Assembly: GCA_963705375.1 (NCBI GenBank)
Contig: OY970071.1
Span: 780,001 to 812,000 of the forward strand
DNA length: 32,000 nucleotides
Origin: Candidatus Saccharimonadota bacterium
Lineage (GTDB): Archaea > Micrarchaeota > Micrarchaeia > Micrarchaeales > Micrarchaeaceae
Reading direction: 5' to 3'
The notes below the pieces were generated by a model, which made no database searches, was not told where the DNA came from, and saw only the letters and a program-made list of their open reading frames with translations. Of the stretch, positions 17,933 through 26,182 are shown piece after piece (within the stretch, counting starts at the first letter, position 1; the number at the start of each line of letters is the position of its first letter). Position numbers and translations under genes: made by a program.

Positions 17933-18250
17933 CTAATGGGACAGGCGCTGCAGCACGAAGGTACGCTGCCTTATCCCTATCTCGTCAAGTCGTATCTCTC
18001 CTTGCTCGACTCTGTTGCCGAGCTCTATTATCTTTGCAGTGCAGTTTGGGCACAGAGTGCCTCCGAACAACCTGTTTGTGGTCCTCCTGCTTTTTCCGCC
18101 TTTGATGCTTATTCCGTTGAGCTCTGCCCTGCACACGGCGCAGTGCGGCAAGGCGCTCTTGGCCCTTCTGTAGTGTATCACCTTCCTGTGTGTTGAGGTT
18201 ACACGCTGAACTTCTCTAAAACTTGTTGATCTATGTCTTGGAGCTGGCAT
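17933..18250 (-). CDS. rpl34e: 50S ribosomal protein L34e
   Basis: MPAPRHRSTSFREV...HYRRAKSALPHCAVC...LCPNC contains the L34e zinc-ribbon pattern. I preferred ATG 18250 over the track's GTG 18259. Confidence 0.85.
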   Translation of the reverse strand: MPAPRHRSTSFREVQRVTSTHRKVIHYRRAKSALPHCAVCRAELNGISIKGGKSRRTTNRLFGGTLCPNCTAKIIELGNRVEQGEIRLDEIGIRQRTFVLQRLSH

Positions 18251-18259
18251 CACAAACAC

Positions 18260-18766
18260 CTAAACAGTATTATTTTGCACGGAACCGTTAGAATTGGCCT
18301 GCTTGAGTTCATCAGAAGCTTTCTTCTTGTCATACGCGAGCACCACAAATGAAGAGGCCAGGCCTAACACAAAAACTGACATAAAGAACAAACCAGACAC
18401 TGCTGTCTTGCTTGTCGATGCGAACACCTGCGGCATGAACACCAACAGGTGCGGTACAAGCCAGTAATAGAGCACTAGGAATATCGGAAGTATCGCGAAC
18501 ATCGGCTTGAACGAAGACATCATGCTTTTGGACATGAGCGGCATTAGTTCTGCTTGCTTCGCCCTTATTGTCTCCTGTTCTGCATTGCGCTTTACCAGGT
18601 CGTTGAGTTCTTGAGATATCTCCTTCATACGCCTTTGTATTTCCCTTGTTTTCTTTGGGTTCGTCAATGTCCTTTGCAGTATTACTGATATTATTGTGTA
18701 TGCAAGCGCAATTACCACTATCCAGATTTCTGCGTTAATTGGCATTGCCGAGGTTGTCATATGCAC
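18260..18766 (-). CDS. DUF106-family membrane protein (archaeal Oxa1/YidC/EMC3-like insertase candidate)
   Basis: 168 aa with TM1, a charged coiled-coil segment (KKTREIQRRMKEISQELNDLVKRNAEQE), then TM2 and TM3. It sits between adk and rpl34e, as in the conserved archaeal cluster. Confidence 0.7.
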   Translation of the reverse strand: MHMTTSAMPINAEIWIVVIALAYTIISVILQRTLTNPKKTREIQRRMKEISQELNDLVKRNAEQETIRAKQAELMPLMSKSMMSSFKPMFAILPIFLVLYYWLVPHLLVFMPQVFASTSKTAVSGLFFMSVFVLGLASSFVVLAYDKKKASDELKQANSNGSVQNNTV

Positions 18767-19366
18767 TCACTCCAATCTTTTCATCTTGTCTTCATTGAAT
18801 ATGTACTCCAAGTACTTCCTGAGCGTTTTCTCGCTTGCATCCTGCTTGTTCTCTTCGTTGAACAGCACGAATAGAGGTACGTTGTATTTCTGCGAAAGCG
18901 CGGAAAGTGCAGATATGTTTATTATCTTCTGCATTTCTATCGCATCAGCCGTTTCGACCTCTCTACGCCTTTCCTTGTCCTTTTGGCGCCTGCTCAAGAT
19001 GTCTGCAGTAGGTGCGTCAAATGTTATGAGCGCCCTGAGCAAGCCCTTTATTCCTACGACAACGTCTCCAGGCAGTCCTGGCATATACCTTCCATGCTCT
19101 CCTATGCTTGCGTGCGTGTCTATGATTATGTTGCCATCCATCATGGCTATCTCTTTAAAGGCTTCGCGTATGAGCTCCTGCCTTTCATCGTTGGTCTGAT
19201 AGCGTATCTCGTCCCTGTGCTTGAAGTAGCCCCTTTTCACGCCAAGTTCGAGCATCATGCTCCCTATGTTCACGAACTTGTACTTTCCATCTTCGTCCTT
19301 TGTCACGCGGTCTATGATTGTGGACTTGCCCGCGCCAGGGATGCCTACTATTATTACGGCTTGCAT
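18767..19366 (-). CDS. adkA: Adenylate kinase, archaeal (AdkA) type
   Basis: 199 aa with P-loop GIPGAGKST. Its length and pattern fit archaeal trimeric Adk. Its stop directly abuts the DUF106 gene start. Confidence 0.85.
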   Translation of the reverse strand: MQAVIIVGIPGAGKSTIIDRVTKDEDGKYKFVNIGSMMLELGVKRGYFKHRDEIRYQTNDERQELIREAFKEIAMMDGNIIIDTHASIGEHGRYMPGLPGDVVVGIKGLLRALITFDAPTADILSRRQKDKERRREVETADAIEMQKIINISALSALSQKYNVPLFVLFNEENKQDASEKTLRKYLEYIFNEDKMKRLE

Positions 19367-19393
19367 CTAGATCAACTAAGACTCTGGCCTTGC

Positions 19394-21064
19394 TCAGTCC
19401 TCTCCGCCCATTCCGCCTTCCATGCCGGGGCCACCAGGACCTCCTCTTGGTGCCTTGCCCCTTGAGCTTATTATATCATCGATGCGCATGATTATCTCTG
19501 CGGCTTCGCTTGCGCTCTCTATGATCTGCTCCTTCACTTTGAGGGGCTCGAATATTCCCAGCTTGTTCATGTCATTTATCGTGTTCCTGATCACGTCTAC
19601 GCCATAGGCGCTGCCTTCCTTGCTCTTGTGCTTGCTTCTCAGCTGCACCAGCGTGTCGATCGAGTCCATGCCAGCGTTCTCTGCAAGGGTCTTTGGAACT
19701 GCCGCTTCGAGTGCATCAGCGAACTTTTGTATCGCGAGCTGCTCTCTGCCTCCGACCTCTGCCGCATAACTTCTCGTTCCGCCTGCAAGGTCCATCTCTA
19801 TGCTGCCGCCGCCTACTACATAGTAGCCGCGCTCGGCTATGCTCGAGACGGCGCCAATGTCATCAGTTATAGAACGCTCTGCCTCGTCAACTACCTGCTG
19901 CGTGCCTCCTCTTATGAATATTGTTACGCTCTTCGGGTCCTTGCACTTCTCTACGAACACCATCTGTTCGCCGCTGATCTTTCTCTCTTCGACGATGCCT
20001 GCGAACCCAAGGTCTGCGCTTGACAGGTCTTCAAGGCTTGTAACGATCTTCGCCTTTGTGGCCCTTCCGAGCTTCTCGATGTCGCTCTTCTTCACCCTTC
20101 TAACGGCCATTATGCCTGACTTTGCCATGTAGTGTTGCGCCACATCGTCTATGCCCTTCTGCGTGAACACGACGTTTGCACCGCTCTTTACTATCTTCTC
20201 TACCATTTCTTTGAGCGTACGTTCTTCCTGCTGCAGGAATTCCTGCATCTGGCTTGGGGCGGTTATTTCTATTCTTGCATCAGTCTCTGTCTTCTCTATC
20301 TCTAGAGCGACGTCAAGCAGTGCGATCTTCGCATTGCTCACAGACTTTGGCATCCCTGGATGCGTCACCTCTTTGTCTATGACTACTCCGTTGATGAGTT
20401 TTGTGTCGTTGACGCCTCCTCCTGCCTTCTTCTCGATTTTTATGAAATCGTGATCAACAACGATCTTGCCATCTTGCTGCGTTGTCATAACCTGCTTGAC
20501 TGCACTTATGACAAGCTTGGCTATGTTGTGCTTTGTTTCGTCGTCTCCAACGTTCTTTGATCCCATGGTGACGAACGCTATCTTCTCAAGTATCTGCTCG
20601 TCGTCAAAGCCCACCTTCCTTGCCTTCTCAATCAGGATCTGCCTTGCCTTGTCAGCAGCGAGCTTGTATCCATTTATTATTGTGGTCGGGTGTATTCCCT
20701 GTTCCACAAGTTCCCCTGCGGCCTTGAGCAGCTCTCCCGCAAGTATGACCACTGTTGTCGTTCCGTCGCCGACCTCCTTATCTTGGGTCTTTGCTATGTC
20801 TACCATTATCTTCGCGATAGGGTGCTCAACGTTCATCTCATCAAGTATTGTCGCTCCGTCGTTGGTTATCACTATGTCTCCGAGATCGCTAACGAGCATC
20901 TTGTCCATGCCTTTTGGGCCAAGCGTTGTCTTGACTGCGCTTGCGACTGCCACAGCAACAGCTATGTTTGTCCTTTGAGCATCTCTGCCCAATAGCCTAG
21001 TAGAGCCTTCCGGAAGCAGTAATACCTGCTGACTTCCCATTTGATTTTCTGGCATTTTTACCAC
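19394..21064 (-). CDS. ths: Thermosome subunit (group II chaperonin)
   Basis: [26 protein letters not shown], and a Gly/Met-rich C-terminal tail [16 protein letters not shown]. The true start may be ATG 21055 or ATG 21040 ([13 protein letters not shown]) rather than GTG 21064. Confidence 0.95.
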   Translation of the reverse strand: MVKMPENQMGSQQVLLLPEGSTRLLGRDAQRTNIAVAVAVASAVKTTLGPKGMDKMLVSDLGDIVITNDGATILDEMNVEHPIAKIMVDIAKTQDKEVGDGTTTVVILAGELLKAAGELVEQGIHPTTIINGYKLAADKARQILIEKARKVGFDDEQILEKIAFVTMGSKNVGDDETKHNIAKLVISAVKQVMTTQQDGKIVVDHDFIKIEKKAGGGVNDTKLINGVVIDKEVTHPGMPKSVSNAKIALLDVALEIEKTETDARIEITAPSQMQEFLQQEERTLKEMVEKIVKSGANVVFTQKGIDDVAQHYMAKSGIMAVRRVKKSDIEKLGRATKAKIVTSLEDLSSADLGFAGIVEERKISGEQMVFVEKCKDPKSVTIFIRGGTQQVVDEAERSITDDIGAVSSIAERGYYVVGGGSIEMDLAGGTRSYAAEVGGREQLAIQKFADALEAAVPKTLAENAGMDSIDTLVQLRSKHKSKEGSAYGVDVIRNTINDMNKLGIFEPLKVKEQIIESASEAAEIIMRIDDIISSRGKAPRGGPGGPGMEGGMGGED

Positions 21065-21226
21065 CTAATAATCAGAACATGTCACAAAATCGAGTATGCA
21101 CTCTCTTTTGATAAAACTACACTAGTTAATGTCGGGATTAGGTATTTATACCTTACTGACGAGGCATTTGTATAAAGGGCACGGAAAAGGCATATATATC
21201 TTCCAAGCCAAAATGCTGGTGATCTC

Positions 21227-22087
21227 TTGTCTGATAATGCAAAGTCAAAACACCATGCTGGCGGGTCTCACAATGTCAAGGCCGGCTCAGAGCACGCGCC
21301 TCCAAAGCCCCTGCCAAATACGAAGCCTCTGGAGCAGATGTCAGAAGCGGATGTACTGAAGATATTAAAGGCGTCCCGACCTAGCGCGGAGTCGAAGAAG
21401 CTGCTTGACGAGAAATTGGCAGAGCTGCATGCGCAGGGGATCGCTCTTGAAAAAGAGATATTTTCCAATATGGAAAAACACATTTCCGATCTGTTAAAAG
21501 GTGCTCAAAATGAGCCTGCCGAACGGGCCGCACTCGATAAGGAAGAGTTCGTCCTAAGGCATCTGAGGGACCCTTTTGGTGAACTTTTAAGCAAAATGAA
21601 GAAAGAAAACGCTGAGATGGATCACAAAATACTCGCGTCTGAAGCAAAAACATTCCAGTATCTTGCAGATACCTTTGCAGATGCGCTTCATAAAAAAGTT
21701 AAAAATACGGCGCGTTCGTATTCTGATTCTGCAGACAAATACCAAACTGCGGTGTCATACTGGTTCAAGTTAAGGATGTTCGAGCAGGCGCACAAAGCAT
21801 GCGGTCTTGCCGCGGATATGTATGTGCGTGCAGCTGAATCTTTAGAACATGAAGAAGCGCGCAAAGCACCGAATAGCATTACCATGTACATAAGTGTGGG
21901 TTCCAAACCTGTGCTGTTTTCAAAAAAGGAGTATGAAGAAGCTGCCAAAATGCACTGGCTGGGTGCACTATGCTGTGCATATGCTGGCAATCTGAAAGCC
22001 GTGAATGAAGAGCTCGCTAAGGCGAGCGCCTTATTTAGGAAGGCAGGTATTCCGCCGTTCTATCTCAAACCTGAGGACTACAACTAA
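21227..22087 (+). CDS. Hypothetical protein: disordered basic N-terminus plus an all-helical (TPR/SNAP-like?) body
   Basis: This 286-codon ORF is the only long open frame here. The putative TTG start lies about 27 nt after catatatatc (21191-21200), and ATG 21338 is an alternative start. I recognised no family motif. Confidence 0.5.
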   Translation: MSDNAKSKHHAGGSHNVKAGSEHAPPKPLPNTKPLEQMSEADVLKILKASRPSAESKKLLDEKLAELHAQGIALEKEIFSNMEKHISDLLKGAQNEPAERAALDKEEFVLRHLRDPFGELLSKMKKENAEMDHKILASEAKTFQYLADTFADALHKKVKNTARSYSDSADKYQTAVSYWFKLRMFEQAHKACGLAADMYVRAAESLEHEEARKAPNSITMYISVGSKPVLFSKKEYEEAAKMHWLGALCCAYAGNLKAVNEELAKASALFRKAGIPPFYLKPEDYN

Positions 22088-22204
22088 TATCACACTTCTA
22101 TTTTGGCTTATATAAACTGAAATAGGAATAACGGAACAAGCGCATATCGTATTAAATAGCTTTCTGCGCATAAGGTTATGCTTTGTTAAGTTTTAGGTGT
22201 ACGC

Positions 22205-22561
22205 ATGAAAATAAGCGATCTAAAGGTAGGAGCAAGTGGCGTGTCATTGCAAGCTAAGGTCGTTCAGAAGGGCGATCCAAGGGAAGTGGTGACGAAATAC
22301 GGCAAAAGGCTGAGCGTGGCAGACATAACTCTGCAGGATGATACAGGCTCTATAGCCATGTCTTTGTGGGGCGATGATATTGATACTGTTGATGTCGGTG
22401 ACACAGTCGAAGTCGCAAATGGCTATGTAAATGAGTTCAGGGGCACACCGCAGCTTTCAACCGGCAAGTTCGGCAAGATAACCGTCGTGGAGAAAGGTGC
22501 TGGTGGCAGTGCTTCAGAAGGCTCCGAAGAAAGTGCGGAGGCTTCTGACGAAGATGCCTGA
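22205..22561 (+). CDS. ssb: Single-OB-fold ssDNA-binding protein with an acidic C-terminal tail (crenarchaeal SSB/hSSB1 type)
   Basis: 118 aa. V.LQAKVV...VADITLQDDTGSIAMSLWGDDI...VGDTVEVANGYVNEFRGTPQLS parallels remembered Sulfolobus SSB (...VGDETGRVKLTLWG...ENAW...FKGQVQLN). The tail SEGSEESAEASDEDA is acidic. Confidence 0.75.
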   Translation: MKISDLKVGASGVSLQAKVVQKGDPREVVTKYGKRLSVADITLQDDTGSIAMSLWGDDIDTVDVGDTVEVANGYVNEFRGTPQLSTGKFGKITVVEKGAGGSASEGSEESAEASDEDA

Positions 22562-22580
22562 GCAGTTCTATTCCTTACTT

Positions 22581-22594
22581 CTTTTTTCTATTTC
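22581..22594 (+). terminator. Oligo-T tract (cttttttctatttc) downstream of ssb
   Basis: The T-run lies about 20 nt after the ssb stop, in a convergent intergenic spacer. Confidence 0.3.
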
Positions 22595-22609
22595 TGTATT
22601 CGTGCGAAA

Positions 22610-23758
22610 TCAATAGTGTGAGGTTTCAAGGAAAAGCTTCTCGTATTGCTTGGCTATCTTATCCCAGTCGTGAAGCTTTACCATCAGTTTCCTTCCGCGC
22701 TCTGCAAATTCCATTGCTTTCTTTCGGTCGTCTAGCAAGAAGGACATGCCCTTCTTAATCCCCTTCACATCTCTGGGCTCAGAGTACATACCACAATTCA
22801 ACATCATTTCTGGTATCCCACCTACCCTTGACGCGATACAGGGCAGCTCGCACGACAGCGCCTCAAGTATCACCAGCGAAGCGGGTTCATACAATGAGGG
22901 CAGAGCGAAGACTCTCCCTACGTTATAGTAGTATGGCAGCATCTCTTCACTTATTCCGTTAACAATGCCAAACCTTTCCTGCAGTCCAAGCTTGTAAGCC
23001 GTTTTGTACAGGCTTCTGTTCATGTATCCTGTGCCTATCATCATCAGGCCGATGTCTCTGCCTTCATCTATCAATTCAGAAACGGCCCTTAGTAAGTATT
23101 TCTGCCCTTTCTGCGGAATAAGCCTGCCATTCGTAACTATGGTGTCATAGTCTAGCTTCAAACTCTTTTTGATTTCCCTTACTCTGGTATTATTTTCAAG
23201 TTTCCTGAACCTCTCAAAATCGACTCCATTATACACCACATGTGTCTTCCCTCTCTCTTTCATGGGCACAGTGGTTTCCACCACATTCTTGGATATTCCT
23301 GTTATCACATCTGCGCTGTGCATTAGGGTCCTTCCCCACATCATGTCATAGACGTGCCCTAAAGAGTCAGTTGTTTTGTCTATGCCTTTTGGCAAGGCAT
23401 TGTGTATCGTAAGCGCGAGCTTCTTTTTTTTGTTTTTTATGATTCGTACCGTATCGCTGAAGAACTGGTATCTGTTGTTTATGTGATATATGTTGCACTC
23501 CTCTTCAGATACTGCTTGCCGTATGCCCTCCATTTCCACGAAAGGCATCGGCATTCCTGGAAGATGTATGTATTTTGATTTGAGCCTCACAACCTTTATG
23601 CCGTCTATATCCTCGACATAACTGTTTCTGTTCGGTGGTGCTGCGACTATCGCTGTTATGTTGTGCCGCTTTGCAAGCCTCTTATATACCTCATACAGTA
23701 CCTTCTCCGTTCCGCCTGCGTATGGATAAAAGAAAGGATTCAGCACGCACATGTCCAT
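22610..23758 (-). CDS. Glycosyltransferase, GT-B fold, family 4 (group 1)
   Basis: 382 aa with an N-terminal NPFFYPYAGGTEKV. The C-terminal half has the EX7E motif (EPASLVILEALSCELP) followed by GGIPEM. Confidence 0.85.
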   Translation of the reverse strand: MDMCVLNPFFYPYAGGTEKVLYEVYKRLAKRHNITAIVAAPPNRNSYVEDIDGIKVVRLKSKYIHLPGMPMPFVEMEGIRQAVSEEECNIYHINNRYQFFSDTVRIIKNKKKKLALTIHNALPKGIDKTTDSLGHVYDMMWGRTLMHSADVITGISKNVVETTVPMKERGKTHVVYNGVDFERFRKLENNTRVREIKKSLKLDYDTIVTNGRLIPQKGQKYLLRAVSELIDEGRDIGLMMIGTGYMNRSLYKTAYKLGLQERFGIVNGISEEMLPYYYNVGRVFALPSLYEPASLVILEALSCELPCIASRVGGIPEMMLNCGMYSEPRDVKGIKKGMSFLLDDRKKAMEFAERGRKLMVKLHDWDKIAKQYEKLFLETSHY

Positions 23759-23888
23759 TCAGCCACCTGACGTTCTAACAATGCCTATGCCTTTTCATAT
23801 TGAAGATTTTTATACATGGCGTGTTTCTGGCCATACTGGAATGGGCTCATATGAACCTATATAAATCGTTTCAACATTAACAAAGGCG

Positions 23889-25313
23889 ATGGAAAAGAAG
23901 AATATCGTGATGCTGCTACTTGATACTGCGAGGATTAGCGATGCGTACGACAGCCGTGTCATGCCTGCCGTTTCGCGCATCGCACGACATGCGTCTGTAT
24001 ATTCGAATGCCATAGCCCCTGGCACATGGACTGCGACTTCCCATGCGGCGTTCTTCACAGATCGCAGGGTTTCCGAAATACCCCAAGTGTCCAGGGATTT
24101 CTTCAGATGTCGACCTGGCATCGACCCATGGCTTGTAAGATTGCAGTTCCTTCCTGAAAATGCGGAAACGCTAGCTGGCAAGATTTCCAAACTTGGCTAT
24201 ACTTCGACTTTGTTGACGAACAATCCCTTCTTGACAAGCCTCACAAACATAGACGCTGGATTCAACAAGACATATGACATCTGGATGGATTCCAATCTGA
24301 AGTACAACAAATCACTCGTTGACCGTGTCTCATTCATAATCAAAGGCGGAGCGACTGCCAGAGAGCGCATGTACAAAATAACCAATGCGTTCACGCAACT
24401 CATGCCTAGGCCTGTGCTCGATTCGCTGTATCTTCGTCTGAGGAACAGGCTTACCAGAGGCGTGGCATCGGCGGATGGCACTTATCGGCTTGACAGGGGT
24501 GCATCAGACGCGCTGAAAACTCTGAAACACCATCTCACCTATGATTATGATTACAATTCAAGCTTCATTTTCATGAACTTCATAGAGCCCCATGAGAACT
24601 ATCCTGCAAGTCGGTCAGTCCTGCAGGATAAATGGCTCTATCTGAGTGGCATAGAGCCGCTAACAAAGGACATCGTGAACAAACTCCATGCGGCATACCT
24701 GAAGCGCCTGCGCTATCTTGACGGCATAGTCGAAAGGACGATAAGCACTTCGAGAGACCGTGGTTTGCTTGACAATGCCGTTGTTGTGCTGGCATCAGAC
24801 CACGGCCAGCTTTTCGGAGAGCACAACTTGCTTTATCACGCACTACCTCCCTATTCTGGCATAGCAAGGGTGCCGCTTGTCATCGCCAACTATGAGGGTG
24901 GCAAGCAGGTTTCAGATCACAAGACGATTGATAGTGTTGTGAGCCTTAATTCCATTCACAAAGCCTTGCTTGAAGTGGCCTCCGGAAGAAATGCCGATAT
25001 GTGTGCGAGCATGCGTAAAGAGGCGTATGCGGTCGCCGAACACACGGGCATATGTGAGGGGTGGGACGAACAGTTGCTGTCCATGCTGAAGCGCAGGTCA
25101 AACTACGCCAGGCGCATATACAATACCAAGTCTTTCTGGAACAGGCATGCGACATCCGTATTCCACGGCAGGTTTGAGCTGATGCACTATTTCGACAACA
25201 GGAAGGATGAGCTCTACGACCTGGAAGCGGATCCGGGAGAGTACGACAACATGATCGACCGCAACAGGTCGATGGCCAACGAGATACTACGGCACTCTAA
25301 CCTGCGGCCTTGA
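23889..25313 (+). CDS. Sulfatase-like hydrolase/transferase (alkaline-phosphatase superfamily), non-formylglycine type
   Basis: NIVMLLLDTAR carries the metal-binding Asp, and ASDHGQLFGEHNLLYH is the sulfatase-family C-terminal metal motif. APGTWTATSHAAFFT sits where the C/S-x-P-x-R motif is expected. There is no signal peptide or TM helix. Confidence 0.75.
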   Translation: MEKKNIVMLLLDTARISDAYDSRVMPAVSRIARHASVYSNAIAPGTWTATSHAAFFTDRRVSEIPQVSRDFFRCRPGIDPWLVRLQFLPENAETLAGKISKLGYTSTLLTNNPFLTSLTNIDAGFNKTYDIWMDSNLKYNKSLVDRVSFIIKGGATARERMYKITNAFTQLMPRPVLDSLYLRLRNRLTRGVASADGTYRLDRGASDALKTLKHHLTYDYDYNSSFIFMNFIEPHENYPASRSVLQDKWLYLSGIEPLTKDIVNKLHAAYLKRLRYLDGIVERTISTSRDRGLLDNAVVVLASDHGQLFGEHNLLYHALPPYSGIARVPLVIANYEGGKQVSDHKTIDSVVSLNSIHKALLEVASGRNADMCASMRKEAYAVAEHTGICEGWDEQLLSMLKRRSNYARRIYNTKSFWNRHATSVFHGRFELMHYFDNRKDELYDLEADPGEYDNMIDRNRSMANEILRHSNLRP

Positions 25314-25491
25314 TTTTTGCTATGTAGCCTTGATTGCACACGGTAGATTGTTTGAGGCTAGCATTGGACGCGCATATTTCAGCAGTGAAGACATCAGCAC
25401 TGCCAATTATGGCTTGAGCTACAGGTGAGCTGGCGTTGCTCAGGGCTGCAGTGATCTCTACCCAATTCATTTTGGTTATGGCCTGCGGCGA
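25297..25491 (-). pseudogene. Displaced C-terminal segment of the DUF929-like gene in an alternative frame
   Basis: My own translation of the frame offset by one nt gives SPQAITKMNWVEITAALSNASSPVAQAIIGSADVFTAEICASNASLKQSTVCNQGYIAKIKAAG*. This matches the remembered DUF929 C-terminal pattern (..W.qI...L.n.ss....aI.g.An..ta.IC.......VC). It implies a 1-nt indel between about 25480 and 25491. Confidence 0.6.
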
Positions 25492-26149
25492 TCACCAAAG
25501 AGCCGACCATCACGCTATTGTTTGCAAAGTCTATGAACGGGATGCTTCCTCGCAATTCGGATGGCAACTCTGCATTGTTCAGGTTATATTTGTCGAATGT
25601 AGTGTTTTCTGCCATGTTCAGTGTCTGCAGCGGCTTATTGTCTTTTGTCATGACTTCTACACCAGTGAAATTCAGCAGCACGCTAGAGTAGTTGGAATTG
25701 TAGAACGTGAATGTTGCAGAGTTCGGATATATGTCGCTGGCGCTGGACGTCATATAACGCAGTTGAGTGAAATTGCCGAATCGCATCAGTGCGACAACGA
25801 TGCCCCAACGCGTTATGGAACAATAGGGGCAGAAGTCTGCTCCGACATACATGATCTCTGGCTTTCCCGCACCAACAAGCACAGGGCCGTTCACAGGGAA
25901 CGGTTCTGAAGCCGAAGTCCCTATGCCTATCTCATTCGCTAGGGTTTCGTTGTTGGCTATGTTATGGAGCTGTGCCATCAGAACAGGACTCACCCCTTTG
26001 TCGTCGAATGCGGTTATGTTGCTATTGCCTTGCATTCCGAGAAAATAATACAGAACTCCTGACGCCAACAAAATTACGGCCGCAACCACGCCGAATATGT
26101 ATTTTTTTTCCACAGCACCAACTTTTACACTGAACTTCAATCTAAACAT
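25394..26149 (-). CDS. DUF929-like membrane-anchored thioredoxin-fold protein (CPYC motif), reading frame disrupted near its 3' end
   Basis: From ATG 26149 it encodes MFRLKF..., an N-terminal TM helix, GADFCPYCSITRWGIVVALMRFGNF and GSIPFIDFANN. The last ~30 residues of this frame (AAGHNQNELGRDHCSPEQRQLTCSSSHNWQC) look non-native. The track's extension to 26401 overlaps the HIT gene and I rejected it. Confidence 0.65.
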   Translation of the reverse strand: MFRLKFSVKVGAVEKKYIFGVVAAVILLASGVLYYFLGMQGNSNITAFDDKGVSPVLMAQLHNIANNETLANEIGIGTSASEPFPVNGPVLVGAGKPEIMYVGADFCPYCSITRWGIVVALMRFGNFTQLRYMTSSASDIYPNSATFTFYNSNYSSVLLNFTGVEVMTKDNKPLQTLNMAENTTFDKYNLNNAELPSELRGSIPFIDFANNSVMVGSLVIAAGHNQNELGRDHCSPEQRQLTCSSSHNWQC

Positions 26150-26182
26150 CACTATAAATATAATACATATGGTACAAGCTCT
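26150..26182. promoter_or_regulatory. 33-bp divergent spacer containing overlapping TATA-like elements (cactataaatataatacatatgg)
   Basis: This is the entire spacer between the DUF929-like ATG (26149, minus strand) and the HIT ATG (26183, plus strand). It is AT-rich and quasi-palindromic. Confidence 0.35.

Noticed and set aside
17220-17936. A 238-aa ORF on the plus strand, antisense to cmk. Similar long antisense ORFs occur at 3813..4262, 4168..4644, 4954..5442, 18696..19199, 20466..20978 and 13871..14200.
   Set aside because: Each lies entirely within or opposite a strongly supported conserved gene. Their compositions are low-complexity and rich in Ser, Leu and Cys, typical of shadow ORFs.
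22170-22183. Inverted repeat GCATAA-GG-TTATGC upstream of ssb as a transcription-factor operator.
   Set aside because: It is only a 6-bp arm in an AT-rich promoter region, which is plausible by chance, and there is no second copy in the window.
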